A DNA stretch of 64,000 nt from Trypanosoma brucei (lineage: Eukaryota). The stretch spans positions 1,589,226 to 1,653,225 of the forward strand of contig CP000066.1 in assembly GCA_000002445.1 (NCBI GenBank), given 5' to 3'. Each line of letters opens with the position of its first letter. Within the stretch, counting starts at the first letter, position 1. Both the position numbers and the translations under genes were made by a program. A model generated the notes under the pieces. It made no database searches, was not told where the DNA came from, and was given only the letters and a program-made list of their open reading frames with translations. Of the stretch, positions 1 through 11,112 are shown one piece after another.

Positions 1-3000
1 CAAACTAAGTCTTTTAATTGGGTTAGTGCAGCAGCCGAGATAAGCGCTGAGGTTATCAACTTGATGGAAGTAGTGTCTGTCACAAACAAACCTTCGAGGT
101 GCGGAGCAGAGGTCTTATCGGCACGTATATTACAAATTTCGGGGAGAAAGGCTTAGGGAAAAGTAAGATTATCGTACAAACACCCGTCAGTTGGGGGTTC
201 GTCAAGAAAATATAAGTCAGATAGATTATAAATTAGGAATCGGGATGTATACATTTTTTTACATGATAAATTTTGGAGCAGCGGAAGTAAAGGTTTCCAT
301 GGGTAGAAGATGGGGATGTGCACGGCTAAGGTGTTGGTGTTTTTGATACTGGCATCCAGGTAGCAAGTGTAAAGGGTGCTAATTGTGATGAGTTGAAGAT
401 TCTTCGTGGTTTCCTGAGGCCTGTTTGGGGGTATTTAAATGTGGTTGACGAAGGAAGCAAGGAACGCGTTACAGGCACTTGAAACCAAGGAATCGAGTCC
501 TTACTGGGGCGATATCCCATGGCACCGATAGGTTGTAGAACAGAAAGCACACATTCAATCAGCGACGAATGCAGCATTTGTTCCGTGTGCGAGGAAAAAG
601 TGAGCAACGTACTTAAAATAAACCCCGAAAACCCTTTGTCAACACCCAGGACAAAGCAAAGCGACTTGAGCAACCACAAAGAATTGACGAATTTGGTCGA
701 ACAAGCCTCTGAGCTGTACATGAAAAACTCACTGAAAGTCAGAGTGACGGCAGAAGATTTTCAAAAGGATGCAGAGGAAATACTCTACGGTATAGAAGAC
801 AAAAAAAAGTCCAAAAGGTATGGAACTAAGAAGGGAGCAGGCTTGCGGTAAAGAAGTATCAAGCTGAAACAACTACTTTCGGCGTGCGCTAACTATAGAC
901 CTGATGTGCTTGTGCTTTCCCCCAGAACTACCTTTAGCTGCCGCGTTGTGTTGCGATAGGTGCAACATGGAACCAAACACCGCGACCTGGGACGTAGAAA
1001 CCTCCACCAAGATAACCGATTTTATGATCGAAAAATGTGGAGATTGCCCGCTTCCATAAGTGAGTTTTGTGAAAACTATGAAGAAAAACTTCGTGAAGCT
1101 AAATGATCTCGGAAAGTTTAGGAAGAAATCCAGAGGAAAGGCTTTCTGTGCTGTAGGTTGGGACAATAGGGAAGATATGCAGAGTTGCTCGGGAAGAACA
1201 AAGTCGGCAACCTGTGCGCAGTACAACACAAGCGAAGGAGGTCTTGCCTGGGGAGAGGTGTCTTAGCTAAAAAAAAAAACTAATGAAGTTACAAAATCAA
1301 TTGCGAGATTTAAGACAATATGGAACTCAACGGAAAATGCAAGAGGCAACAACTAAACTGGAAAGGCAGATTGATACTTTTTCGAACAGGGAGGTTGACG
1401 AGGAACTGGAGCACATTCAACTGGTACAAAAACATGAGCCACCCGCAAAGCATCAGCATCCGTCTCCACGCGTGGAAGCAACGGAAGGTAATGACAAACA
1501 AGTCATGACCGAAAACTTAAACAGCAAGCCTAACGATAGAGTTAGGGCACATGCTGCGGAAGGAAACTCGGGGAATCCTGTCTTGCAACAGGGAAATGAG
1601 TCCAAAGAAATCCCACATCAGCCACAGCGACCAAAAAGCGGCACCCAAATTGTTCCGCCTCTTAAGGTTCTTTTGCTTTTCCTGTAGAACAATACACAGG
1701 TTTTTATGTTCATAGTGATAACAGTTTGAACAACCAAATTCTCTACGGAATTCCGGAAGCTGACTTTCGATTGGAACCACTATCCTATTTCCCCTTTCTG
1801 GAAAAGAACTACTGGTAACGAACAGAGCACACTCAGGCTCTACAGGATCAAACTCACTGGGAAAACTATTGTCACTAAGGGTGAAAAAAAAAAATCGTGG
1901 AGCACCATCAGTGTACCTAATGGTTTCATTTGAGTGGCAAATAAATAAAATCAAAACATGAAGGAATGGGAAAGTAGTTCATTTCGGCGGAGTACGCAGA
2001 AGGTGCGAGGCTGTTGCGCTGTTAAAATAATATCTGAAACTCCACCAGAGTAGGCAACACTCGTCTTGAGAGAAAAATAACGGACATGTCACAAAAACAA
2101 ATGAAAATTTCAGTCTATTGCCTATTAATCTTTTTATGATGGGTTGAATGTGAAACTACCGTAGATTTTTTCGTTCTGACTGACTGTAGGAGACAAAAGC
2201 ACTTCAAATGCGCTCTCCGGCAATAACGGCCAGCGACGAGGTGAAGTGGAAGCTACAGTGAGTGACAGGTGCGTGAGAAGCGTTAACGTAAATGCCTTCG
2301 TTCACCTGTGTACAAAATGTTAAAACGTGACAAAGGAAGCGACCTCAGAAAAATACGTAAAAGTCGCGAGAACATATGGATCGACAAGGCAAAAAAAAAC
2401 AATCGCTCAAATCCGAGATGGTGGAGGAGAGATCGAGTATTATATCGATAAAAACCACATCAGCGGTGCACACCAAAATAACGAGTGAAAGGCACACGTG
2501 AGCACAAAAGTGCGCGAGATCTAACCTAATTTAGCGGATAACCGCAGTGCTACTGCGAAAAGTAAAAGGGGACACCTCACACCAAGAAAACAACTGTGTG
2601 TTTCGTGCAAGTTTAGAAGGGAAAATGGTAAGACCGTGACACAAAGGATCAGAGAAGTTTTCACAGTATTTTTAAAAATATGCACTCACAAAAGCTGCCG
2701 CACAAATCAGTGAGTTGCACCATAAAACCTCAAAAATATCCGCCGATAACACAACCGTGCGGTTAACCACCCGTAAGAAACAATGGACTGTGTCGCACCG
2801 GCGAAAAGGAGGTAAACAAGTTCAGAAATATGAAAAAAAAAAAGTGTATGTGACGTGCGACTGTTACATCCCTTACAGAAGAATCAATACCCGTGACTAC
2901 ATTATGAACCCGGAAGTTGTATTAAGCGTCAGCCGGACGACTAAACCAGGGTGTGGCATGCATCACTAACCACACACGCATAAACACAAAGGGAAAGATT

Positions 3001-3687
3001 GCAAAATTATATCACAAGCCCCAAGGAAACACTCGAATACCATTGATCAACCAAAAACGAAGGAATGTCTAATAACATGCAGACAGCCTTCACCAGATGG
3101 GATGTTGAATGCAGAGAGCGTTGGTTGGGAGTATATGGCATGAAAATCGTACGGACGAGAAGCAATCAAAAGTTAAATGTCACCCTTGGTGGTTCGGACA
3201 AACAGTAGTTAAGAAGTGGTAACAAGCACAAAGCGCAAAGAACAAAAGGAAGGGAGAATGATGCCAAAAAGTGAAGATGACGACCGCCGCTGAAGAGCGT
3301 GTGTATGTGACCTACAACCGGAGAAAAAAAAGGAGTCTAGCAAAAAAAAAAACGCAGCAGAGGATGCCGAGTCGAGCTAAGTTAAGGAGGGGGAAATAAA
3401 ACTTGAAGCCAAAAGTACAAACCCGGAGAAGAGTAAATGTTCCCACACACTACCGGGTGATCGATCCGGAGTTAGCACCTAATTTCCGCTAACTCTTTCT
3501 CAAGTTATTACCATATTTTTACGAATATCGTTGTTTTAGCTTGCGAAAATTGTCCCGAAAGTCATCACTAGAACAAGAGTATTTTCCAGCTGCAACACCC
3601 CAAACTGTTGAGAAAAAAAAAGTTGCACCGTCTCACTTATAATAAAAAAATATCAAAAAATATATTGGAATTCAATCAAGAACACCA

Positions 3688-3716
3688 CTTTTCTTCTATT
3701 TATGTTTCCTTTTAAG
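3688..3716 (+). promoter_or_regulatory. Polypyrimidine tract plus AG, a candidate SL trans-splice acceptor for the copy-0 gene.
   Basis: The sequence cttttcttctatttatgtttcctttt followed by aAG lies 11 nt before the ATG at 3727. This is the typical kinetoplastid trans-splicing signal. Confidence 0.55.
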
Positions 3717-3726
3717 AAGAGGAGCG

Positions 3727-4719
3727 ATGGAGAACAAATATTTAGTGTGGTGCATGTTTTTTTGTTTAACGGTTGTGGGGGGCAAAGCTAATGCAGTGAA
3801 AACAACGCTAAAGAAAGAAACGAATTGCCACACAACTGTTAAAGCACTGTTCAACAAACGTGAAAACTGTCATGATCTGGCCTCCGATGCAACGAAAATA
3901 AATGAGGATGTTGACATCGGAACAGATGCAGATAGATGGACTGCTTGCACATGGTTAGAATATGATAAGAGGCGTACGGAGACACAATGCATATTGAGGT
4001 TTAACAACACATATGGAGAGAAATTAGTATGCACCTACGAAACAAAGGGCAATCGCCAAGACCTAAGTTGCAAACCAGAGGGTCGTTGCGAAGACGCTCG
4101 CGAGCGGTACCTTTTAGGGGAAGAAGGATGTCCGAAGCCTGCACCACGTGAAGAACCAAAAAGAAACAAAACCGAAAGGTGTCTTGATGAGGTTTATGGG
4201 TCATTCAGCGGTGACCAGGAGTGTGCGAAACTTAAAATAGGAAGCGAGGTCGCCGAGCAAATTATATTCAGGGAGAACGGAGATGACAAAACACCAGAAT
4301 GTATAGAAGCAAGTGGCCCCCCAGAGTCGAAAGTGGTTGGAGAAGCATGCGTAATAAAGTTGCGAACCGAGCCACACCCATCAGAATATATTTGCAAAAT
4401 GGAGGGTTCTGGTGAGGAAAGGAAAATAAAATGCACAAGAGAAACATCGAAAACAGTTCCTCAACCTACGACCACAAGGAAGAGACGAGGCAGTACTGGA
4501 TCCATGCGCAAAAGAAGTGACGACGGTGGTAACACTGAGGTCACCCTGAAAGAAGATAAAGACAAAACACAAGATGAGGATGAAGGCCAAAAAGAAGAAA
4601 GAAAAGAAGAAAGCGGTGAAGAAACTGGTACAGCAAAAGCTCGAATCAAAAGCAAAACTTATTGGAAATCAAATAATCCTATTATCATGCTTTTAACACT
4701 TTCGTTATTGTTGCTTTAA
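3727..4719 (+). CDS. Divergent paralogue (330 aa) of the tandem-array surface protein. It has a signal peptide, conserved Cys pattern, K/E-rich stalk and a C-terminal hydrophobic GPI-like tail (SNNPIIMLLTLSLLLL).
   Basis: Long ORF. The protein aligns with the 353 aa array copies at roughly 35-45% identity by eye, with conserved motifs TQCIL.F.N..G....CTYET and the C-terminal WKSNNPIIM.LTLSLLLL. There is a polypyrimidine tract plus AG at 3688-3716 upstream. The 3' flank at 4720-5100 is homologous to the unit 3' flank. Confidence 0.75.
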   Translation: MENKYLVWCMFFCLTVVGGKANAVKTTLKKETNCHTTVKALFNKRENCHDLASDATKINEDVDIGTDADRWTACTWLEYDKRRTETQCILRFNNTYGEKLVCTYETKGNRQDLSCKPEGRCEDARERYLLGEEGCPKPAPREEPKRNKTERCLDEVYGSFSGDQECAKLKIGSEVAEQIIFRENGDDKTPECIEASGPPESKVVGEACVIKLRTEPHPSEYICKMEGSGEERKIKCTRETSKTVPQPTTTRKRRGSTGSMRKRSDDGGNTEVTLKEDKDKTQDEDEGQKEERKEESGEETGTAKARIKSKTYWKSNNPIIMLLTLSLLLL

Positions 4720-5503
4720 TACTGTTTAATAATAAACGGTAATGTAAACTGTTTGGAAGAAAGTATGCTTTTAACGGAGAAGGGAAGTGAGTGTATCAAA
4801 ACATTTTTCTTGTAAGACATACATTAAGGGAACATTTTTATGTTTTTTTTTTGTCACGCGTCACTGCTGTAAAAAAAACTTCTTGCGCTCAAGTTGTATC
4901 GAAAGTATTGAATTTTCAACGATGTTGTTCGGTGGGGAAGGTAAGGGGAATAGGATATATAGTTGTGTCGGGGACGGCGTTCTGTTTGTTGAAAGGGGTA
5001 AAGAGAGGAAAAAACCCTACACCGGGTGAAAGTAACTGACTGATGAAGTTCGTTTGGATCGATAGACAAGTGGAACTCGCCGCAAAAAGGTTGTAACAGC
5101 ATTTAACCGGCACATGCGGCTTAGCGTTTTAGGTTGAGAAATGCACGTATAAAGGCACGGATGCTCAGGAAATACCCTTATTTCTGATAACATAATTGGA
5201 CGCTAAGCTAGAGAAGGCACAACACCAGATTCGAGAATACAACAGAAAAATGACGGGCGATGGCACCGACGAAGAGGAACAATTGAAGCGGGTCGCTGAA
5301 ATCGATAACATCAATGCCCACGGCAGCCTCCTCTCGACGCGCGGACAAAACAAGAAAAAAAAATGCAGCTTCAGAAAAAAAAAAAAATGTTTCTTTGGGA
5401 AACCACTTGAAACTGTTGAGGAAAAGAGGGTTTGCCACGCCCAGCCGCTAATGATAATGTGAAATGGAAATTTACAGTATCCATTTAACCTACAATATCA
5501 TGA

Positions 5504-5532
5504 TTCCTACACCTTTATCATTCTTCCTTTAG
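5504..5532 (+). promoter_or_regulatory. Polypyrimidine tract plus AG trans-splice acceptor of array copy 1. It is repeated at 7382-7410, 9194-9222 and 11074-11102 for copies 2-4.
   Basis: The sequence ttcctacacctttatcattcttcctttAG lies 11 nt upstream of each ATG. The purine/poly(A) tracts at 5345-5395 (aaaacaagaaaaaaaaatgcagcttcagaaaaaaaaaaaaatg) lie in the expected zone for polyadenylation of the upstream copy. Confidence 0.6.
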
Positions 5533-5542
5533 CGAAAACAAA

Positions 5543-6604
5543 ATGAGGAAACAACATGTCATATACTACGTATTTTTCTGCTTAGGAGCCATAGGAAGCA
5601 GAGGAGAGACAGAACCAATAACAATACAAAAAGGAACGGAGTGCCACAAAGCATTGGAAACAGCGTTCACCACGCCCAAAAACTGTGAGAATGTAAGCAC
5701 AGCGATAAGCGAAATGCCTGAAAATGTTAGCATTGAAACATTCCCGGGGGCATGGACCGTGTGTCAATTCATGGAAAACGAAAAAGAAAGCACAGTCACG
5801 CAATGCATTTTGAAGTTCGAAAACGCAGAGGGAAATCGAATAGCGTGCACCTACGAAACCGAGGGCGGACAAGGAAACGTAAGCTGCACACAGGAAGTGG
5901 ATGCTCCGGTGGCTTATCATCCATACTGTGAGGGAGCCGAATACGATTATACTTATCATGACGAAAGCCACGGTCATGGGAGCGGGGGCTATGAGCGGCG
6001 TTGTCCCGAGCCGGGTCCACGTCCTGCGCCACTGAATGAAGAAGCTCACAGGTGTGTTGCCGACGTCCTTGTTGCATTTGGTGGTCACCATGAATGTGCA
6101 AAACTCTACGGCACAGATCCGGCACTCGATCCTGAAGATGTCATCTTCGGCGAGAAAGGAGATGACAAACCAAAATGCACGGAGGCAGATCGACCCGAGG
6201 TGTCCACATTGGTTGGAGAAGCATGCGAGGTAAAATTGCGGACCAAACCAGAACCAGACGAATACTTGTGTAAGGTAGAAACCTCTAACGGTAAAAGAAA
6301 AATAAAGTGTACCCCCAAAACACCAAAAACAATTCCTCAACAAGCGGACACAGTAAAGAAACCAGATACCACTGAATCCATGCAGAAAAAAGCTGACGAT
6401 GGTGGTAAAACTGAGGTAACACCAGAAGTAAAAGATGGGCAAAAAGATGAAAAGGGTGGGAAAGAAAGGCAAGAAAAGCAAAAAATGGAAAATAATACTG
6501 GAAAAAGCAATGAAGCAGCGACAAACACTAAAACGCAGGCTTCTTCTTGGAAATCAAATAATCCTATTATCATGTTTTTAACACTTTCTTTATTGTTGCT
6601 TTAG
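5543..6604 (+). CDS. Tandem-array copy 1. It encodes a 353 aa putative GPI-anchored cysteine-containing surface glycoprotein with a signal peptide, N-glycosylation sequons, a K/E/T-rich C-terminal stalk and a hydrophobic tail.
   Basis: A 1062 bp ORF repeated at a 1878 bp period. The N-terminus MRKQHVIYYVFFCLGAIGSRG is signal-peptide-like. Sequons include NVS x2 and NNT. The C-terminus is SSWKSNNPIIMFLTLSLLLL. Cysteine positions are conserved with the divergent copy at 3727. A polypyrimidine tract plus AG lies 10-40 nt upstream of the ATG. Confidence 0.85.
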   Translation: MRKQHVIYYVFFCLGAIGSRGETEPITIQKGTECHKALETAFTTPKNCENVSTAISEMPENVSIETFPGAWTVCQFMENEKESTVTQCILKFENAEGNRIACTYETEGGQGNVSCTQEVDAPVAYHPYCEGAEYDYTYHDESHGHGSGGYERRCPEPGPRPAPLNEEAHRCVADVLVAFGGHHECAKLYGTDPALDPEDVIFGEKGDDKPKCTEADRPEVSTLVGEACEVKLRTKPEPDEYLCKVETSNGKRKIKCTPKTPKTIPQQADTVKKPDTTESMQKKADDGGKTEVTPEVKDGQKDEKGGKERQEKQKMENNTGKSNEAATNTKTQASSWKSNNPIIMFLTLSLLLL

Positions 6605-7420
6605 TATCATTTAATAAACGGTAATGTAGACTGTTTTGAAGAAAGTATGCTTTTAACGGAGAAGGGAAGTGAGTGTATCAAAACATTTTTCTTGACAGAC
6701 GTACATTAAGGGAACATTTTTATTGTTTACTTGCCATATTGCACTGCTAAAAAACTTCTCGTGCTGGAGTTGCGTGCGAAGTATTAGATTTCTTCACCGA
6801 TTCTTTTTTGTAGCGAAGGTAAGGGGAATAGGATATGTAGTTGTGTCGGGGACGGCGTTCTGTTTGTTGAAAGGGATAGCAGGAAGAGAAAACTCTACCC
6901 CGGGTGAAAGCAACTGACTTGTGCAGTTCGTTCGGATCGATAGACAGGTGGAAATCGCCGCAAAAAGGTTGTAACAGCATTTGATCGGCACATGTGGTGT
7001 AGCGTTTTGGGTTGAGAAATGCACGCATAAAGGCACGGATGCTCAGGAAATACCCTTATTTCTGATAACATAATTGGACGCTAAGCTAGAGAAGGCACAA
7101 CACCAGATTCGAGAATACAACAGAAAAATGACGGGCGATGGCACCGACGAAGAGGAACAATTGAAGCGGGTCGCTGAAATCGATAACATCAATGCCCACG
7201 GCAGCCTCCTCTCGACGCGCGGACAAAACAAGAAAAAAAAATGCAGCTTCAGAAAAAAAAAAAAATGTTTCTTTGGGAAACCACTTGAAACTGTTGAGGA
7301 AAAGAGGGTTTGCCACGCCCAGCCGCTAATGATAATGTGAAATGGAAATTTACAGTATCCATTTAACCTACAATATCATGATTCCTACACCTTTATCATT
7401 CTTCCTTTAGCGAAAACAAA

Positions 7421-8482
7421 ATGAGGAAACAACATGTCATATACTACGTATTTTTCTGCTTAGGAGCCATAGGAAGCAGAGGAGAGACAGAACCAATAAC
7501 AATACAAAAAGGAACGGAGTGCCACAAAGCATTGGAAACAGCGTTCACCACGCCCAAAAACTGTGAGAATGTAAGCACAGCGATAAGCGAAATGCCTGAA
7601 AATGTTAGCATTGAAACATTCCCGGGGGCATGGACCGTGTGCCAATTCATGGAAAACGAAAAAGAAAGCACAGTCACGCAATGCATTTTGAAGTTCGAAA
7701 ACGCAGAGGGAAATCGAATAGCGTGCACCTACGAAACCGAGGGCGGACAAGGAAACGTAAGCTGCACACAGGAAGTGGATGCTCCGGTGGCTTATCATCC
7801 ATACTGTGAGGGAGCCGAATACGATTATACTTATCATGACGAAAGCCACGGTCATGGGAGCGGGGGCTATGAGCGGCGTTGTCCCGAGCCGGGTCCACGT
7901 CCTGCGCCACTGAATGAAGAAGCTCACAGGTGTGTTGCCGACGTCCTTGTTGCATTTGGTGGTCACCATGAATGTGCAAAACTCTACGGCACAGATCCGG
8001 CACTCGATCCTGAAGATGTCATCTTCGGCGAGAAAGGAGATGACAAACCAAAATGCACGGAGGCAGATCGACCCGAGGTGTCCACATTGGTTGGAGAAGC
8101 ATGCGAGGTAAAATTGCGGACCAAACCAGAACCAGACGAATACTTGTGTAAGGTAGAAACCTCTAACGGTAAAAGAAAAATAAAGTGTACCCCCAAAACA
8201 CCAAAAACAATTCCTCAACAAGCGGACACAGTAAAGAAACCAGATACCACTGAATCCATGCAGAAAAAAGCTGACGATGGTGGTAAAACTGAGGTAACAC
8301 CAGAAGTAAAAGATGGGCAAAAAGATGAAAAGGGTGGGAAAGAAAGGCAAGAAAAGCAAAAAATGGAAAATAATACTGGAAAAAGCAATGAAGCAGCGAC
8401 AAACACTAAAACGCAGGCTTCTTCTTGGAAATCAAATAATCCTATTATCATGTTTTTAACACTTTCTTTATTGTTGCTTTAG
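7421..8482 (+). CDS. Tandem-array copy 2 (353 aa), identical to copy 1 except for rare synonymous SNPs such as gtgtcaattc versus gtgccaattc.
   Basis: Same ORF shifted by 1878 bp. The protein is identical to copy 1. Confidence 0.85.
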   Translation: MRKQHVIYYVFFCLGAIGSRGETEPITIQKGTECHKALETAFTTPKNCENVSTAISEMPENVSIETFPGAWTVCQFMENEKESTVTQCILKFENAEGNRIACTYETEGGQGNVSCTQEVDAPVAYHPYCEGAEYDYTYHDESHGHGSGGYERRCPEPGPRPAPLNEEAHRCVADVLVAFGGHHECAKLYGTDPALDPEDVIFGEKGDDKPKCTEADRPEVSTLVGEACEVKLRTKPEPDEYLCKVETSNGKRKIKCTPKTPKTIPQQADTVKKPDTTESMQKKADDGGKTEVTPEVKDGQKDEKGGKERQEKQKMENNTGKSNEAATNTKTQASSWKSNNPIIMFLTLSLLLL

Positions 8483-9232
8483 TATCATTTAATAAACGGT
8501 AATGTAGACTGTTTTGAAGAAAGTATGCTTTTAACGGAGAAGGGAAGTGAGTGTATCAAAACATTTTTCTTGACAGACGTACATTAAGGGAACATTTTTA
8601 TTGTTTACTTGCCATATTGCACTGCTAAAAAACTTCTCGTGCTGGAGTTGCGTGCGAAGTATTAGATTTCTTCACCGATTCTTTTTTGTAGCGAAGGTAA
8701 GGGGAATAGGATATGTAGTTGTGTCGGGGACGGCGTTCTGTTTGTTGAAAGGGATAGCAGGAAGAGAAAACTCTACCCCGGGTGAAAGCAACTGACTTGT
8801 GCAGTTCGTTCGGATCGATAGACAGGTGGAAATCGCCGCAAAAAGGTTGTAACAGCATTTGATCGGCACATGTGGTGTAGCGTTTTGGGTTGAGAAATGC
8901 ACGCATAAAGGCACGGATGCTCAGGAAATACCCTTATTTCTGATAACATAATTGTACGCTAAGCTAGAGAAGGCACAACACCAGATTCGAGAATACAACA
9001 GAAAAGTGAAGACGGGTGATTTAAGCGGGTCACTGAAATCAAGATCATTAATACAGACGGCAGCATCAGTGGAGGGGGAAATATTTTTTTTAATACTTGA
9101 AACTGTTGAGGAAAAGAGGGTTTGCCACGCCCAGCCGCTAATGATAATGTGAAATGGAAATTTACAGTATCCATTTAACCTACAATATCATGATTCCTAC
9201 ACCTTTATCATTCTTCCTTTAGCGAAAACAAA

Positions 9233-10297
9233 ATGAGGAAACAACATGTCATATACTACGTATTTTTCTGCTTAGGAGCCATAGGAAGCAGAGGAGAGAC
9301 AGAACCAATAACAATACAAAAAGGAACGGAGTGCCACAAAGCATTGGAAACAGCGTTCACCACGCCCAAAAACTGTGAGAATGTAAGCACAGCGATAAGC
9401 GAAATGCCTGAAAATGTTAGCATTGAAACATTCCCGGGGGCATGGACCGTGTGTCAATTCATGGAAAACGAAAAAGAAAGCACAGTCACGCAATGCATTT
9501 TGAAGTTCGAAAACGCAGAGGGAAATCGAATAGCGTGCACCTACGAAACCGAGGGCGGACAAGGAAACGTAAGCTGCACACAGGAAGTGGATGCTCCGGT
9601 GGCTTATCACCCACACTGTGGGGAACATGGAAGTGACCATGGTTATGATAACGGCTATGATGGTTATAATGGCGTGGCGTATGGTGAACTGGGTTGTCCC
9701 GAGCCTGGTCCACCTCCTGCCCAACCGAACGATGAAGCTCACAGGTGCATTGCCGACGTTTTCGCTGCATTTAGTGGCCACCTTCCATGTGCAAAATTCT
9801 ACGGCACAGATCAGGCATTCGGTCCTAAGGAAGTCGTCTTCGGCGAGAACGGAAATGAAAAACCAGAATGTGCAGAAGGAAGCGAACCCCCGGAATCCAA
9901 GGTGGTTGGGGAAACATGTGAAGTAAAATTGCGGACAAAAAAACAACCAGAAGAATATGTATGTAAGGTAGAAACCTCTAACGGTAAAAGAAAAATAAAG
10001 TGTACCCCCAAAACACCAAAAACAATTCCTCAACAAGCGGACACAGTAAAGAAACCAGATACCACTGAATCCATGCAGAAAAAAGCTGACGATGGTGGTA
10101 AAACTGAGGTAACACCAGAAGTAAAAGATGGGCAAAAAGATGAAAAGGGTGGGAAAGAAAGGCAAGAAAAGCAAAAAATGGAAAATAATACTGGAAAAAG
10201 CAATGAAGCAGCGACAAACACTAAAACGCAGGCTTCTTCTTGGAAATCAAATAATCCTATTATCATGTTTTTAACACTTTCTTTATTGTTGCTTTAG
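9233..10297 (+). CDS. Tandem-array copy 3 (354 aa). This is a mosaic variant with a divergent central patch of about 350 bp (about 9608-9960).
   Basis: The N-terminal about 125 aa and C-terminal about 115 aa are identical to copies 1, 2 and 4. The central region encodes HPHCGEHGSDHGYDNGYDGYNGVAYGELGCPEPGPPPAQPNDEAHRCIADVF...SEPPESKVVGETCEVKLRTKKQPEEYVC in place of HPYCEGAEYDYTYHDESHGHGSGGYERRCPEPGPRPAPLNEEAHRCVADVL...DRPEVSTLVGEACEVKLRTKPEPDEYLC. The reading frame and cysteines are preserved. Confidence 0.85.
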   Translation: MRKQHVIYYVFFCLGAIGSRGETEPITIQKGTECHKALETAFTTPKNCENVSTAISEMPENVSIETFPGAWTVCQFMENEKESTVTQCILKFENAEGNRIACTYETEGGQGNVSCTQEVDAPVAYHPHCGEHGSDHGYDNGYDGYNGVAYGELGCPEPGPPPAQPNDEAHRCIADVFAAFSGHLPCAKFYGTDQAFGPKEVVFGENGNEKPECAEGSEPPESKVVGETCEVKLRTKKQPEEYVCKVETSNGKRKIKCTPKTPKTIPQQADTVKKPDTTESMQKKADDGGKTEVTPEVKDGQKDEKGGKERQEKQKMENNTGKSNEAATNTKTQASSWKSNNPIIMFLTLSLLLL

Positions 10298-11112
10298 TAT
10301 CATTTAATAAACGGTAATGTAAACTGTTTGGAAGAAAGCATGCTTTTAACGGAGAAGGGAAGTGAGTGTATCAAAACATTTTTCTTGACAGACGTACATT
10401 AAGGGAACATTTTTATTGTTTACTTGCCATATTGCACTGCTAAAAAACTTCTCGTGCTGGAGTTGCGTGCGAAGTATTAGATTTCTTCACCGATTCTTTT
10501 TTGTAGCGAAGGTAAGGGGAATAGGATATGTAGTTGTGTCGGGGACGGCGTTCTGTTTGTTGAAAGGGATAGCAGGAAGAGAAAACTCTACCCCGGGTGA
10601 AAGCAACTGACTTGTGCAGTTCGTTCGGATCGATAGACAGGTGGAAATCGCCGCAAAAAGGTTGTAACAGCATTTGATCGGCACATGTGGTGTAGCGTTT
10701 TGGGTTGAGAAATGCACGCATAAAGGCACGGATGCTCAGGAAATACCCTTATTTCTGATAACATAATTGGACGCTAAGCTAGAGAAGGCACAACACCAGA
10801 TTCGAGAATACAACAGAAAAATGACGGGCGATGGCACCGACGAAGAGGAACAATTGAAGCGGGTCGCTGAAATCGATAACATCAATGCCCACGGCAGCCT
10901 CCTCTCGACGCGCGGACAAAACAAGAAAAAAAAATGCAGCTTCAGAAAAAAAAAAAATGTTTCTTTGGGAAACCACTTGAAACTGTTGAGGAAAAGAGGG
11001 TTTGCCACGCCCAGCCGCTAATGATAATGTGAAATGGAAATTTACAGTATCCATTTAACCTACAATATCATGATTCCTACACCTTTATCATTCTTCCTTT
11101 AGCGAAAACAAA

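Noticed and set aside
1283..1687. 134 aa ORF and neighbouring short ORFs (326-1954) at the left end of the window.
   Set aside because: There are no recognisable domains. The sequence is A-rich and low-complexity, and the ORFs overlap on both strands. No conservation is evident within the window.
5196..5462. An 88 aa ORF (MDAKLEKAQHQIREYNRKMTGDG...KKKKCSFRKKKKCFF...) in each intergenic spacer, at 5196, 7074 and 10767, with a truncated variant at 8952.
   Set aside because: It runs through poly(A) tracts, which give lysine runs. It is not preserved as protein in copy 3's spacer or in the degenerate unit at 12.7 kb. It is better explained as 3'UTR and processing-signal sequence.
5582..6481. Long minus-strand ORFs (299-300 aa, F/L/C-rich) overlapping every array gene copy (5582-6481, 7460-8359, 9272-10174, 11152-12051), plus the shorter antisense ORFs nested in them.
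   Set aside because: They are a mirror artefact of the purine-rich (GAA/AAG/AAA) sense codons. The reverse strand is pyrimidine-rich and stop-poor. The peptides are low-complexity nonsense, and the sense strand has the signal peptide, the GPI tail and the conservation.
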